Below, in pieces: positions 27,901 through 40,100 of a DNA stretch of 64,000 nucleotides. The notes under the pieces are model-generated. The model made no database searches and was not told where the DNA came from. It saw only the letters and a program-made list of their open reading frames with translations. Within the stretch, counting starts at the first letter, position 1. The number at the start of each line of letters is the position of its first letter. Source of the stretch: Glaucostegus cemiculus (taxonomy: Eukaryota); the NCBI GenBank assembly GCA_976551045.1, contig CDPCPM010000436.1, forward strand, positions 1,054,001 to 1,118,000. Direction: 5' to 3'. A program made the position numbers and the translations under genes.

Positions 27901-29967
27901 GGTAATTTGTTTAGAACAAAAGGCAGAGTTTTCAGAACGAGAAGTGATATTGGGAAGGATTTCCAGAGCTCTGGCGAAGCTCGGTGAAACTGGAGGTGCA
28001 CAGTTCTTGACATCAACAACTTGCATTTATGTGTAAGCTGTTGGGCAGCTGGGCCACACTGGCCAGCGAATGGCAGGATGAGACCGATGGTAAATTTCTT
28101 TCAATGGAAATTTGTTTCTTTGTCCTTCAGACGACCTGCAGCGCACGGTCTGTCATATAATTTTCTTCAGTCTGGTGCCGACCCTCCTGCTCCTTATTCT
28201 GGGAACAACCGCTGTGGCCATCACTAAGGGCAGGAAGGAACGCCACCCAGGTAATGCGCCGGCCTTAAACTAATCGTGAAATGAAGCTCTCGCCAACTGG
28301 CGAATTCCCCTTTGAAGAGAAATTCACTTTTAAAATCTCCTTCAAGCAGGTAATCCAGAAACAGTAGGCACAAGCATTAACTCCCGGAGAAAGAATCTAG
28401 AACATGACGTAAGTATGAATAATCCGGGAAATCTGTCGTCATTCAAAAAGCCAAGGGCTATTCCGGTTGGGGCATAGTGAGGGGGGGGGGCGGGGTGGAA
28501 TAAGGAAGGATGAATGGCCTCCTTCTTGTTCAATTAGAAATGTGGCTGGAATCACGTGACTCATGATATTGATGAGAATCTTCCTTGCAGTAAATTAGAT
28601 ATCAGAATTTAATTTAACTGTTGGATACAATTTAAAGCGATTCACACTCAAGGGATTGCATTGTGCAGGATTCAAAGTCCTACAATAAACTATAGGAACG
28701 ACAAGAGACAGAATGTAACACGGAAGCTGAGTCCCACGCGATCTTCGGGAGAGCTTTAACTGAGGAGAGGACTGAGCCCAACCGCAGCAAACACGCCACG
28801 CTTGGTGTTAGGTCGAAATCAGGGGGTGACGGGAGGTCGCAGCTGAGGAATGCAGAGATATTAGAAAGTTGTGGAGCTGGGGAATAGTATAGAGAATTAG
28901 AGTGGGCAGGAAATGGAGGAGCTTATAGCGGCAGGGAAGGAGTTGGGAACTAGAAGGGAGTAACAGTTCGGCAAGGGTACAGAGGCTGGAGTGGGTTCCA
29001 CATATAGAAGGGTGTAAGGGCTGGAGGGGTTTACACAGATATGGAAGGGCAGCGAAGCCTGAAGAGGTGAGATGGGGAGAGATAAAGGGATTTGTGGAGA
29101 TACAAAGAGATCCGAAGGCTAGAGTATTCTATAGAGATATAAGGTCACAATCTCGGAGTTTCTTGAATATGGGTGCTGAAGAACCTTGCAGAGATAGGGA
29201 AAGGTGTTGGGGCCGGAGGGGGCTACACAGATGGGGAGGTGTAGGAGCTGGAGGAGTGTGTTACAGAGACGGGGAGGGATGTAAGGGCCGAAGGAGGTTA
29301 CACAGTTGAGGAGGGGTGTATAGAAAGGAGGGGCTTTCAAAATTAAGGAGGCGTGTAGGGGCCAGAGGGGGCTACTGAGATAGGGAAGGGGTAGGGGGCT
29401 GGAAGATTTTGCGGCGATAGGGAGGGTGTGGGGCTGGAGGGGTTACATAGATGGGAAATGTTTGGGGCTGGATGGGTTAATGAGATAGGGAAAGAGGAAG
29501 GGGCCGGAAGGCGTTGCAGGGATGGGGAGAACGTGGGAGCTGGCGTGGTTATAAGGATAGGGAGAGGTTTAGTCTCAGTTTATAGGGACACGAAGGGGTG
29601 TAGGGCTGGAAGATATTTCAGAGGCCGTAAGGTCTGCAGGGGCTGTAGGATGTTACTGAGGAATTGGCGCGTAGGGTTGTGTGAGACTGTAGAGTGCGGA
29701 GGCTGAAGAATGTCACCGTGATCGGGAGGGGACCACAGGGAGAGGGTCAGGGTCGGTTGTTGGTTGCAATCAGTGAGAGTGAAGCGGAATGAGACTCTTT
29801 CCCCGATAACGTCGTGTTCCTTTGACCTGGGATGAACGCGTTACGAAGGTCCCCTTTGTTGCCACCTGGTCCAATCTGACGGCGAGGGATGGTTTAGTGG
29901 GGATTTTAACCGTTCTCTTGTCGTTGGCTCACAGACCTACGCTCAGCTGGCGTTTGATAACAGCTGA
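21893..29967 (+). CDS. Gene A: non-rearranging VJ-C1-TM receptor with ITIM-like tail (290 aa). Exons 21893-21935, 22662-22988, 26045-26335, 28131-28250, 28350-28408, 29935-29967
   Basis: All introns GT-AG with matching phases (1,1,1,1,0). 873 nt in frame with no internal stop. AATAAA at 30146-30151. Confidence 0.85.
22662..22988 (+). CDS. Gene A exon 2, V-set domain with germline-fused J motif
   Basis: VTLNC..INWYKQ..RFSG..YMLVIENFQRNDSGIYFCADQLYSEFGNGSKLVVT. Splice sites ctcag| and |gtaac. Confidence 0.95.
23040..25900 (+). mobile_element. Stacked decayed CR1 fragments in the gene A V-C intron
   Basis: VTSGVLQGSVLG..FSKFADNTKI..NPDKCEVIHF. Includes a (gatagtgtg)n expansion at about 24920-24973. 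Confidence 0.88.
26045..26335 (+). CDS. Gene A exon 3, C1-set domain
   Basis: ADPPTIFLFAPP..VPLMCLVRG..LIRWNVSG..DGSYTVRSRFHISAETWRSGAVCTC. Phase-1 splice sites. Confidence 0.93.
26950..27210 (+). mobile_element. LINE-type 3' tail repeat (second copy at about 47330-47680)
   Basis: Shared cagtctacctcgt..ttgtct..ctgc..tgacaataataa sequence between the two loci. Confidence 0.6.
27480..27625 (-). mobile_element. tRNA-derived SINE (HE1/V-SINE-like) head, decayed
   Basis: ccacgtgatcacggggaatacctgcacacttcacatagac..ggtcgggatctaacccgggtcc is typical of a reversed SINE head. Confidence 0.55.
28131..28250 (+). CDS. Gene A exon 4, transmembrane
   Basis: DDLQRTVCHIIFFSLVPTLLLLILGTTAVAITKGRKERHP. Splice sites ttcag| and |gtaat. 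No charged residue in the TM core. Confidence 0.88.
28350..28408 (+). CDS. Gene A exon 5, cytoplasmic
   Basis: GNPETVGTSINSRRKNLEHD|gtaagt. 59 nt, the same size and phase as gene B exon 5. Confidence 0.75.
28850..29710 (+). repeat. Purine/G-rich degenerate minisatellite (gggctggaggaggttacagagatagggaagggtgta-like)
   Basis: Repeated gggctgga..acagagatagggaa units with strong strand bias. Confidence 0.8.
29935..29967 (+). CDS. Gene A exon 6, TYAQLAFDNS* (ITIM-like)
   Basis: Acceptor cacag|ACC TAC. The YxxLxF pattern is shared with genes B and C. PolyA signal lies 180 bp downstream. Confidence 0.72.
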   Translation, partial: TYAQLAFDNS

Positions 29968-30189
29968 TATGGAAAGGCAGCGCGAAGGAACCTTCAGAAC
30001 TCTCCATCCAAAGCCTCGCCCAGAGCTTCCTCTGTAACAGACCATGTGCGGTGGTACTGAGGACCTGTGATTAATCTGCAGCTCCCTGTTTGATTGTATG
30101 CTGTTTGTTGCAATTACACCACAGCTTTGTCATAATTACTGCTTCAATAAATTCTTATGTGACATGAAATATCGAATCTATTCTTTGTT

Positions 30190-30700
30190 CTCTAAAAACC
30201 GAGATGGCGGCGAGTCGTTTCTCTCTCATTGTGGGACAGTTGGTCGCACATTCACCGCTAGGGCCAGAGATCCTGAATTCTCACTCCAGGCCCTGAGACG
30301 TTCCCAATGGAAATACAGAAGGACCCCCTCCCACCCCCTCTGACGGACTGAGGGAGGGGCACCACTAAGGCAGCGCCGTGCTTCCGAGGGGATAGGATTG
30401 AGTCAGGTTGAGTCAGGTTGAAACGTGCTGCAGAATTAACTGGATTTGGACTGATCCGAGGGATTGTATTTGACACCAGAAGGTGTGAAAATTGACCTTC
30501 AGTGATGAAGGAGTGAATCAGCCCCAGTTTCAGGGAGGGGCCGAGCGCGCTGACGGCTGGAAGCCGCCCGGCCGGTGACCGGAGCTCCTGGTGTCAAACG
30601 CACGGAGTCGCCCCACTCTTATTGGAGGCGGGTTCCGGGATCCGTGCGCAGGCGCAGCACCGGCTGGCCGAGAATCCCAACAACCTTGGCGCTTGATGTG
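30190..30700. promoter_or_regulatory. CpG-rich promoter-like segment (YY1-like, CCAAT, GC box, NRF1-like)
   Basis: gagatggcggc at about 30200, attgg at 30621, ggaggcggg at 30624, TGCGCAGGCGCA at 30645-30656. Confidence 0.4.
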
Positions 30701-33099
30701 GGAAATGCTTTACTGATGCTGAGGCCTTGTGTTGAGCGCTGCCTGCGATGGTCAGTTATTGACGGACTGGTTCTGTTACCCGCCAAGTGGTTCACACTAA
30801 TGAGTCGGAGGCATGGCCCAAACACAGTCGTGAATTTACAGCCAGTTAGTTAAACACACCCGCCGATTCGTTCACACACACACAAACTTCTCTCTCGTTT
30901 GCCTTACCCAGCCTGGACTTTCAACAGACTCAGATAGGGGTTCAGCAATGATAGTGGACAAGGCTCGATGGGCCGAATGGGCTGCTCAGGTTCTTGTCGT
31001 GATAATTAATCCCGATGAGAGATAAGACTCAGATCCTGATAATGTCTAGAAAGTACTGGTTTCTCGAGGAATCTTGAAACCCATTGAGTAGAAGTGATTT
31101 ATGGCTATTTCCATCGAGGTATTGAAGGTGATTGAAGGAGGTGCTAGGGTGCAGAACTTCCTGTGGTGGGGAGAGAAGGAGTCCAGAACAAGGGGCAAGA
31201 ATTTCCAATCGGAGTCAGGAGGTTGAAGGATGATGTCAGGACGCACTTAGTGACGCAATGGGTGGGAAGAAAGCTGGTCTTTTCTCTCCCCTTTCTCCTC
31301 CAATAAAACGTTGTCGGTGTTGGGTGGAGTCAACAGGAAATCCAGTGCAGACGTTGTTGGGTGTTTGTTGTGTCTGGGTATTAAGGAATATGGGATCAGA
31401 GCGGGTAAATAGACGGTACCCACGATGTAAGTGAATAGCGAACAGGGACTGAATTGCCTCTCACTCTCCTCTCGGATTTTTTTTATATTCTGGGAGTTGG
31501 GGAGAGTGGGCGCAAGCTGGGGTTTGACGAGCGCTCGGCAGTTGTACCATTCAATGTGGGTCGCAAGAGAGCGGTGCAGAGCCCTACTGGCATTTCCGGT
31601 TGCTGCATTCTGTGCAGGCATCCTACAAAACACCGGATGTCAGCGGCAAACAAAGAATCTTAAAATTGTAAATGTGAAGTGGCAGTTAAACATTAACAGA
31701 GTGCATTCAGAACATAGGCTATGGAGACTGAAGATAACATGCAAATAAATCCTTACAGAACTACCATCTAGGCTAGTTTTTTTTCCTGGATTGGCTGATT
31801 TCCCACATTTGCCATAACAATTGGACCACAAACTTTCACACTGCACAGAAACATTGCAACGGAACGAGGACTTTCCGCTCTCTTATTCAACGTTAAATTA
31901 GATGGCGGCTGATATTGGGGGAGGGCGCGGATGTAGGAAGGAGTGTCGGGATGAAGGAAGTTACAGATACAGGGAGGGTTGAGCTGGGGAGGATTTCAGT
32001 GGGAGGAGGACCGGAGGAGACCCCAGAAACTGTAGCAGGGAAATGTCGGGGAGAAGGTGGGTGAAGGGGTAGACGTGCGTAAGGTACCTCATGAAGAAAT
32101 CTTAGCACAATGCTAAGATTTATTAGAAAAATTAAATTCGAGAGGTTCGACTGTCGTTCAGCAAGGTCAGAACTGGAGAGAGGCGAACATCTTGTGAGAT
32201 AGAGCGCTCACTTCAGTGTTTACGTTACCTGTTCCTCCTCCTTGTTGGTCTTAAGCGACCAGTGTGGAATGAGCCGGCACACTAGCCCGGGACTGCGGGT
32301 GCACGGGAGCGAATGCATGGCCTCATTCTGAGTTGTTAGGCTCTGATTTTATTTTCTGACGTAGAACCTTCCACCTGAAACCCTAGATTTTCACATGTGC
32401 CGTCTGACCAGTCGTGTTTGCACAATTTTCGGTTTTTAAATGATATTTCCAGAAACTAGATTTTTCAAATCTATAGTTCCATTGTTCCATTGAAGTTATG
32501 AATTGGGTATGCGCTGCGGGGGTTATTTTACATTATGCGTCACGGAACAAACGTTAACCTAACGCTGGTTCCACGTCTCTGATCTAAAAGTGTTGCAGGG
32601 GGCTGAACAATTGAGAAATTCAACAGAGAAAAACAACAAGAGACATTCCTCTTCGTCACAGATCGGATGGAATGTCGGGATGAGAGAAGTGGAATCGGTC
32701 GATGCACTACCCCTGACCACTGTTACTTTCATTTTTTTAATCGCAAGATCCTGTACTTTGAATGGAGTTAAAAAGGAACACAGTAAACATCTAATGCGCA
32801 TCACAGTTTCTCTCTGCTGACTTTACGTAATTTGTAAAACATATTTGGACATAATTTTGAGCACTCGATTTGACCAAGTTACGGCCGTTTGATTTTGCAT
32901 GGTGCCAGGCCGCGATATAACACAATTGATCTGGATTGTGTGTGAATATTTGACTACTCGGATGACGAGCGGTACTTGGATCACAGTAAGTATCAATTTA
33001 AAAGCTGTATCCCGCCTCTATAGACTGTAAACCCATCGGCGTTGCGTTAGGGTGAAGAAAAAGAGTGAAAGTTCAATGCGCGTGTTCTACATGTCATCG

Positions 33100-34535
33100 C
33101 GGGGGAGAAACAGAAATGCTCTTGGAAACGACGGCGAACCACAAGTCTGGAGTGAATGATGAAAAGATCATTAGCACAAAGAAATGTTGTTGATGAGATT
33201 GACAAGGACGAAGGTGTTAAATATCCGGGATTTGTTAATTTGTTTCTGAGGATTTTGAAAAAGGTGGCTCCGGATGTAGTGAATGTAATTGTCATCTTCA
33301 TAAACGCTATAAACATTAGGACGTTTCTCACAGATTGAAAGATAGTAAATGTAACCCCATCATTGAAGAAAGCAGAGAAAAAAAAATAAACGTAGACTCA
33401 TTAGCCGAATATCAATGGCAGGGAAAATCTACTATGAAGGAACATAACGACTGGAATGGACAACGTCATTATGGATTTGTCAAAGAGAAATATGTTTGGC
33501 AAATCTATTAGTGTATTTGGATCTTGCAACTCTCAGTAGAGGTAAAGGCGAACCAGTTGCTGTGTTTGGACTTTCTGAAACCATTTGGGAAATACCACAC
33601 GAGGTTATTGAATTTAATGTGATATATTGGCTTGGGCTCAAGATTTGGTAACGGAAATAAACAGATCATTTTAAATTTAGTGTGAAAACATATATAGGTA
33701 CAATTAGATACAGTTTCTCAGATATGTTCAGGAAAGGTTCCTTAATCAATATATTGAGGTACCAACGAGAGAGAGCGTAATACTGGATCTCCTCTTAGGT
33801 AATGACAGAGCAGGTGACAGAACTGTGTATAGGTGAACCTCTTGGATCCAGTGATTATGATTCAATTAGTTTCAAGATAATCGTGGAGAAGGGTGGGACT
33901 GGTCCTAAGGGTGAGATTCTAAATTGGAATAAGGCTAAATTTGATGACATCAGAAAGGATCTGGTAGGCATGGATTGGGATAGGCTGTTTTCCGGTCGAG
34001 ATGCTTGGTAAGTGCGAGACTTTCAAACGTGAGATATTGAGAAGACAGAATCTGTATGTTTCTGTTAGAATACAGGTTTCAAAGAATATCGAAGCACTGG
34101 TAAAGAAAAGAAGGGTGGCACATATCAAGTATAGGCAGTTAGGATCAAATGAGGCACTTGAGGAGTATAAGAAATGAAAGATAATAGTTAAATAAGACAC
34201 CAGGAAGGCTAAATGAGGATAAGTTGCTCTGGCAGACAAGGTGAAAGAGAATCCCGAGGGGTTATATAGCTACATTAAGTGAAAAATGGTAGCAAGGTAC
34301 AAACTTGGTCCTCTTGAAGATCAGCGTGGTCATCCATATATGGAACCGAAAAAGATAGGAGAGATCTTAAATGATTTTTTTTTGCATTCTATTTACTCTC
34401 GAAACAGGCACAGACTATAGGACTGAGCTACATGAGTAGTGAGGTCACAGACCGTATCTGGATTACGGAAGAGGAGGTGCTGGTTGTCTTAAGGCAAATG
34501 AAGGTGGATAAATCTCACAGAGCCTGACAAGATTG
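33100..34535 (+). mobile_element. Two decayed CR1 ORF2 fragments
   Basis: EPLGSSDYDSISFKII..LNWNKAKFDDIR, plus RT-like remnants at 33150-33680. Confidence 0.82.
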
Positions 34536-34740
34536 CAGTTACAAGCTAAGTGCAGTGCAGGGAGACAAATAAAGTGCAGGGGCCACACGGCTGAGAGAAG
34601 CAGTAGAAAGGGACTCGACACCACCTGTTTCTTGCCCACGGTTTAAGCAGCCTGGTCCGCTCAGCGCTTTCCACCCGTGTTCAGTGCCATCTATCACAGA
34701 TCGCCCTTTGCAGTTAGACGCACTCACTCCTGTTTAAGGT

Positions 34741-34850
34741 GTAAACAGGAAGCCCGCAGCGCGAATCGGCAGGGCGCGGGACTTTCCAAAGAGCTATCTT
34801 TATACGCGGGGCCTAATTTCGGCAGCTGCCCTGCATTTCACTTCTCTTCA
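34741..34850 (+). promoter_or_regulatory. Gene B promoter: GTAAACAGGAAGCCCGCAGCGCG, perfect NF-kB site GGGACTTTCC (34778-34787), IRF/ETS-like tttcacttc
   Basis: Motifs read directly, about 60-164 bp upstream of the ATG at 34905. Confidence 0.65.
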
Positions 34851-35373
34851 GAGCCCACCGATATCCGGGCAACATTTCAGTGCACAATTCCAGCCACAGC
34901 GACCATGAGCTTCTTAACGGCCTGTGTCCTGATTCACCTCTTCCCAGGTTAGTCTTTACCTGCTTCAAATTCGGGGCGCAATTCTGGCGCCAGATCATTG
35001 AAGTGATAAGTTTAGGGGAAGAAGGTACCAGGTGAATTCATCCCGTGACAAACAGAGCATACCTTGTTCCAAAATTACCGGAACTTCGGATGGGTCCTTA
35101 CAAGGACCCTTTCTGGTGCCCATAAAACATCTCACGTCCACTTTTGGAAGGAGGACAGAGGATTTACCCGGATTCCGCGGCTCTCAGTTATCCATGGATC
35201 AAGATCATTAAAATATTACCCAAATGATTATTGCATTCCTGATTTTTTTCAGGATCTTTCTCTGCTAATATTGAAGGCTGCATATTCTATCGCAGTGACT
35301 TCAATTTACCATTCAGTGGCTACAAAGATCACCTCTATTAACTGTCTCTGTTTGAATCAGTTTGTCTGTCTGA

Positions 35374-35377
<4 letters not shown>

Positions 35378-35417
<40 letters not shown>

Positions 35418-35455
35418 ATCTATGCTATCTATCTACCTACCTATCTATCTGTCTG
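35378..35455. repeat. (TC)n/(TCTA)n microsatellite
   Basis: Visible directly in the sequence. Confidence 0.9.
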
Positions 35456-37434
35456 CCTGCCTCTCCATCTATCTTTATCTTTCTCCCATTCTTGCTTCAA
35501 TTAAATCTTGAAGATTTATGTCCCAATGGACATCAGGAATCCTAATCATTTACTGACAGGATGGTGCATCGAGCGGCAGAGCCCGCTCTATATTTTTCTT
35601 ATAATAGATTTGCTGGACTTTCACCCGAACAAACTTTCTAATGAATTCCTTCCCTTCGCAGTTGTTGGCCCCCAGGACGTTTACCCCGCGACTCCGTCGG
35701 CTCAGGACCGTTCCGTTGGAAGTACCTTTAAGGTGCATTGCCACACGGGCTGGTTACCAAGTGGAAAGATTTTCTGGTACAAACGGCAGCACCGAGAGCA
35801 TTTGCAGTAACTTCACTCTGTGATGGAGTAGAACCCTCCCGTCGGAAGACTATCGGGGCAAGTTAACGATGAATCCAGTATTTATTCCCTGATTGTTAAT
35901 GATGTCCAGAGAAATGATTCGGGGTGGTATTACTGTTCAGCCAAAGAATTTAGCGGATTGCCCTTCGTGTCCGGAAACGGCTCCAAACTGATCATTGCAG
36001 GTTAGCATCAGGTTAATTACATTCATTTGCTCACAAATTCCCGAATATATACTGAACTGTAATTGCACTACCGACTCCCATTCCCGCCAGGGTCTCCGCA
36101 CGTTTGTCTCTTAACTCCGGCTGCGGGTGGAATCCGTGGGATGAAAGCGGTTCGGTTGATGTGTTTGGCGCAAAACGCGGCCGCCGATTCCCAGTCCATA
36201 CGTTGAGAAGGTTCGGGACGGGATGTCGAAGGACGGACGTATTCCTGAACAATCGGCTGTGACGGGACGCAAAGTGTCAGGAGTCAGTTCGACGTCCAGG
36301 AGGAAGGAACACTATGAGCCCAAAGTAGACTGATAGACTATGATAAGATTATTAAAAGTTGAATAGCAGGGGAAAATAAAGCGTTGGTGGACCGGTATTC
36401 TTAGGATTAACGATAGGTGCAATGCTGCTTTCCAGAGTTAGCTGAACCCTTGAAATCAATACTTGATCATAATCTGAATGTGGACAGAGTTGTGTAATGG
36501 ACTGAATTTGTGCTAATATTCCGGGCACCAGCGATTTCTCCCGTGCCTTACAATTGGATGGTTTCATTGATCAGCGCTCCCATACTTTCAGTGCGACGTT
36601 GTGTTTCTCCTGTCATGTCTATCTGTCTATATAATTTATACATCTCTCTATCTGCCCGAATGTTTCTCCCTCTCCCTCTGTCTTCGATAGATATTTAATT
36701 CTTTCGGAATTATTTATCATTTATATTCGGGATCTGGGCGACACTATAATCTGCCACCAATCTTCTCCCCTGGGCAATCTTCTTGTGAATATGTTGGTAG
36801 AACCTGAAACTATGGGATAGAGATTATTAAACATATAAAAATGAATGGATCTTTTCTTGCAGATGATTCGCCGCAACAGGTTTGCTTTTCCCTGCTTTAT
36901 GTGGGTTTTCCGGTGGTGATTATCCTTCTGGCGACCGTAATGGTCGCCGTGGGAAGAAGATTCAGAAACGGGCAGTCAGGCACCGAGGTCATTCTTACTT
37001 CCCAAGACTCTTTGTTGTGTGTTGTTGTCTGTTTCTGGGTCAGTTCAGAGCGACATTTAAAGCCAACGTTTAGTTTAAATCTCTTTCCATCTCAGGCAGC
37101 AAGAACGGCGCTGTGCCCTTTGCAAACGTGAGACCTCGGGCAGCAGGAAATGAAGTAGAAATATTTTAGTCTTTATTTTTTTAGTTTTTGTTTACTTAAA
37201 ACAGAACCGTACGCTGCAGGAAACTTGCAAATGCTTCGGTCCACGATGTTGTGCCGAACCAATTAACCTAGTGGTTAAACGCCTACCAACTAGTCCCTTG
37301 TGCCTACGCGTCCACATCCCTCCATTCTGTGCATATTCACGCGCCTATCTGTTTATTTTAAGAATCGATTAAACGTTCCGAATGAGATGGTGCAAATCTT
37401 TCCTCTGCGTCTGGGCATTCGAAGTTAGTGATTG

Positions 37435-38500
37435 CAAATATAGTCCCAGAGCTATACAGCGCAGAAACAGGCTCTTCGGCCCAACTCGTCCATGCCGACC
37501 AAGATGCCATCCTGAACTAGTCCCATTTGCCTGCATTTGGCCAATGATCCTGGAAACCTTTCATATTAATGTTCCTGTCCAAGTATCGTTTGAACGTTGT
37601 AACTGTACTCGCCTCTACCACTTCATCTGGCAGCTCGCTCCATACGCCCACCCCAGCCCCCATTGAAAAAATACCCCTGACATCCCCATGGAATCTCTCT
37701 CCTCTGACCTTAAACCTGTGGCCTAGTGTTTTACACTTCCTGTCCTGGGAAAAAGGCGCGGCAGTCCACTATCTATGCCAATCACAATGCTATAAACCTC
37801 CGTAAGACCACCCCTCAGTCACATGAGCTCCAGGGAAGACAATTCCAGCAGATTCGGTGTCTCCATACAAATGAAGTCCTAACAGTCCCGATTATATTCT
37901 TGCGGACCATTTCTACACTCTCTCCAGCTTAATCACATCATTTTCATGGTATGTGACGAGAACTGCACACAATATTTCACGTACAGTCTCACCAACGTCT
38001 TGTACAGCTGTAACATGACGTCGTAACTATGGCATTCACCACCTTGTTTCCTTGTGTCGTCACTTTCAGAGAACTATGTATTTGCAGGGCCGTGTCATTT
38101 AATATGTATATTCTATCGTGGTTTAAGTTCCCAAATGCGTAATTTTACTCGTCTGAGTTAAACTTCATCCACCATTCCTTGGCCTTTGCCTATTTTCCCA
38201 GTTGATTTAGATCGTGTTGAAATCTCAGACTACCTTCTTCACTGTCCACCACACCACCAATCTTGGTGTCATTCGCAACCTTACGAATCCTGCCAGCTAC
38301 ATTAATATCTAAATCGTCGATATATATGACAGACCACAGTAGATCCAACACCGGTGGCAGCGGCACACCGCTGGTCACAGGCCTCCGGTCTGAACAAGAG
38401 ACATCCACTACCACCCTCTGACACCTTCCACCAAGAAAATTATGTAGCCAGTTGACCAGCTCACTGGATCACCTACGATTTCACCTTCCAGATAGTCCAT
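37435..38500 (-). mobile_element. CR1 3' portion
   Basis: RPVTSGVP..IYIDDLD..KVANDTKIGGVVDSEE plus a 3' UTR. Confidence 0.85.
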
Positions 38501-38944
38501 CATGCAATAACTGCAGAATGATATTTCACGACAGGCATGGAGGGTTAAACGACGAGGACACTTGTTGAATAGCTTTGCAGAAAGTTTAAAGACCATTTTA
38601 ATTGAGCAGCTTTAAATTCATAATAAAAATGACCGAGTGGCTGGAGTGAAACCATTTCCTCTGGCGGTCTAAATGCAGAGTAACATCGGAGTCCGGCCCG
38701 CCGGCGCGAAGACAAACAATATGTCCTTACACAAAGGGTGGGGGACGTCTTCAACCCTGACTACCAACAAGTTGAGGTTGGAGTCTGTTAGTAATATTAA
38801 AGCTGAGGACAATCGGTTGGTTTATTTTTCAATCAATGTAAAATACTGCAGATGTTGGAAATCTGAAATAAAAGCAACAGATTCTGGGAATCCACAGCAG
38901 GCCAGCGAGTACGGAGGGAGACTGTAACAGGGTTAAAGTTTCTA

Positions 38945-40100
38945 GGAGATACGAACATGCAAATCGGGAGTAGGAGTCGGCCACTCGGCCCGCTGGAGCC
39001 TGCTCCGTCACTAAACAATTTCATGGCTGATCGGATTGCAACGTCAGCTCCACCTCACGCTTAACTTTTACCCCTTGCTTAACAAGAACCTCTCTACTCA
39101 AAGGCTCCGCTTCCGGCTTTGAGGAAGAGAGTTCCAAAGACAGAGAAATTCTCCTCATCTCTGACTTAAACGTGCGATTTATGTTGTTTAACAGTGAATC
39201 CTCGTTCTCCATTCTCCCACAAGAAGAAGCATCAGCTTCACCTCTAACTTGTCAAGAACACTCAGGATCTTGTTATATAAATCAGGTCTTCCTTCATTTA
39301 TCTAAACTGCAAAGGATACACCCTAGCCTGTCCCAACCTTCTTAAGAGAATACACTCATTCCAGGTATTTGTCTCTTTACCCCGTTAACGCTTGCTGCGG
39401 ATGTGATCTCCGCAATGCCTCTTCTAACAGAAACGTAACCTCCCATCTTTTACCTTCTATTCCCAGCGCACTTTGTCACTTTTACACTTCCTACCCGGTG
39501 GTGCTGTCTCGTTCTCGGTTATTCCGTTATTGTCACTTTACTATTTTTGCACTGAGATTGCACCACTGCCTTTGTTTTACGCTAATCGTTGTATGTATTG
39601 TTGCATTTACTTTTTGTATATTTGATGCGAACAGGGAATTTCATTGCACCCTGGTGTGTGCGATAATAAACTCATCCAGTCTAATATCACTTGAGATTCC
39701 CCAAATATTTGCAGTATTTATGTACTAACACCATACAACCATGCACCAGCGCATGCAGATCCAATTGTACCCCAGAGTTCCGCAATCTCTCACCATTTAC
39801 CTCATCAGCTTCTTTGTTATATTTTCTGCCTAAATGGTCATTTTCACTTTTTCCCACAATACAGTCCATTTGCTAGTGATTTACCCATCTGTTTAATACA
39901 CCTATATCCCTTTTAGCCTTCTAATGTCCCCTTCACAAGTTAATTTTGCACCCATCTTTATGTCGTAAATTACGGTGAATTTGTCCGTCATTTATATCAA
40001 TTGTAAAATGTTGAGGTTCCAAGACCAATTCCCGTGACACTGCAGGTTTTACATTTTGCGAATCAGAAGAAGACCAATTTCTTCCCACTGTCAACCAGCA
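38945..40100 (-). mobile_element. Decayed CR1 3' fragments with an interrupting insert
   Basis: 3' tail near 38950 and NGERLRNSGVQLDL remnants. Confidence 0.65.
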
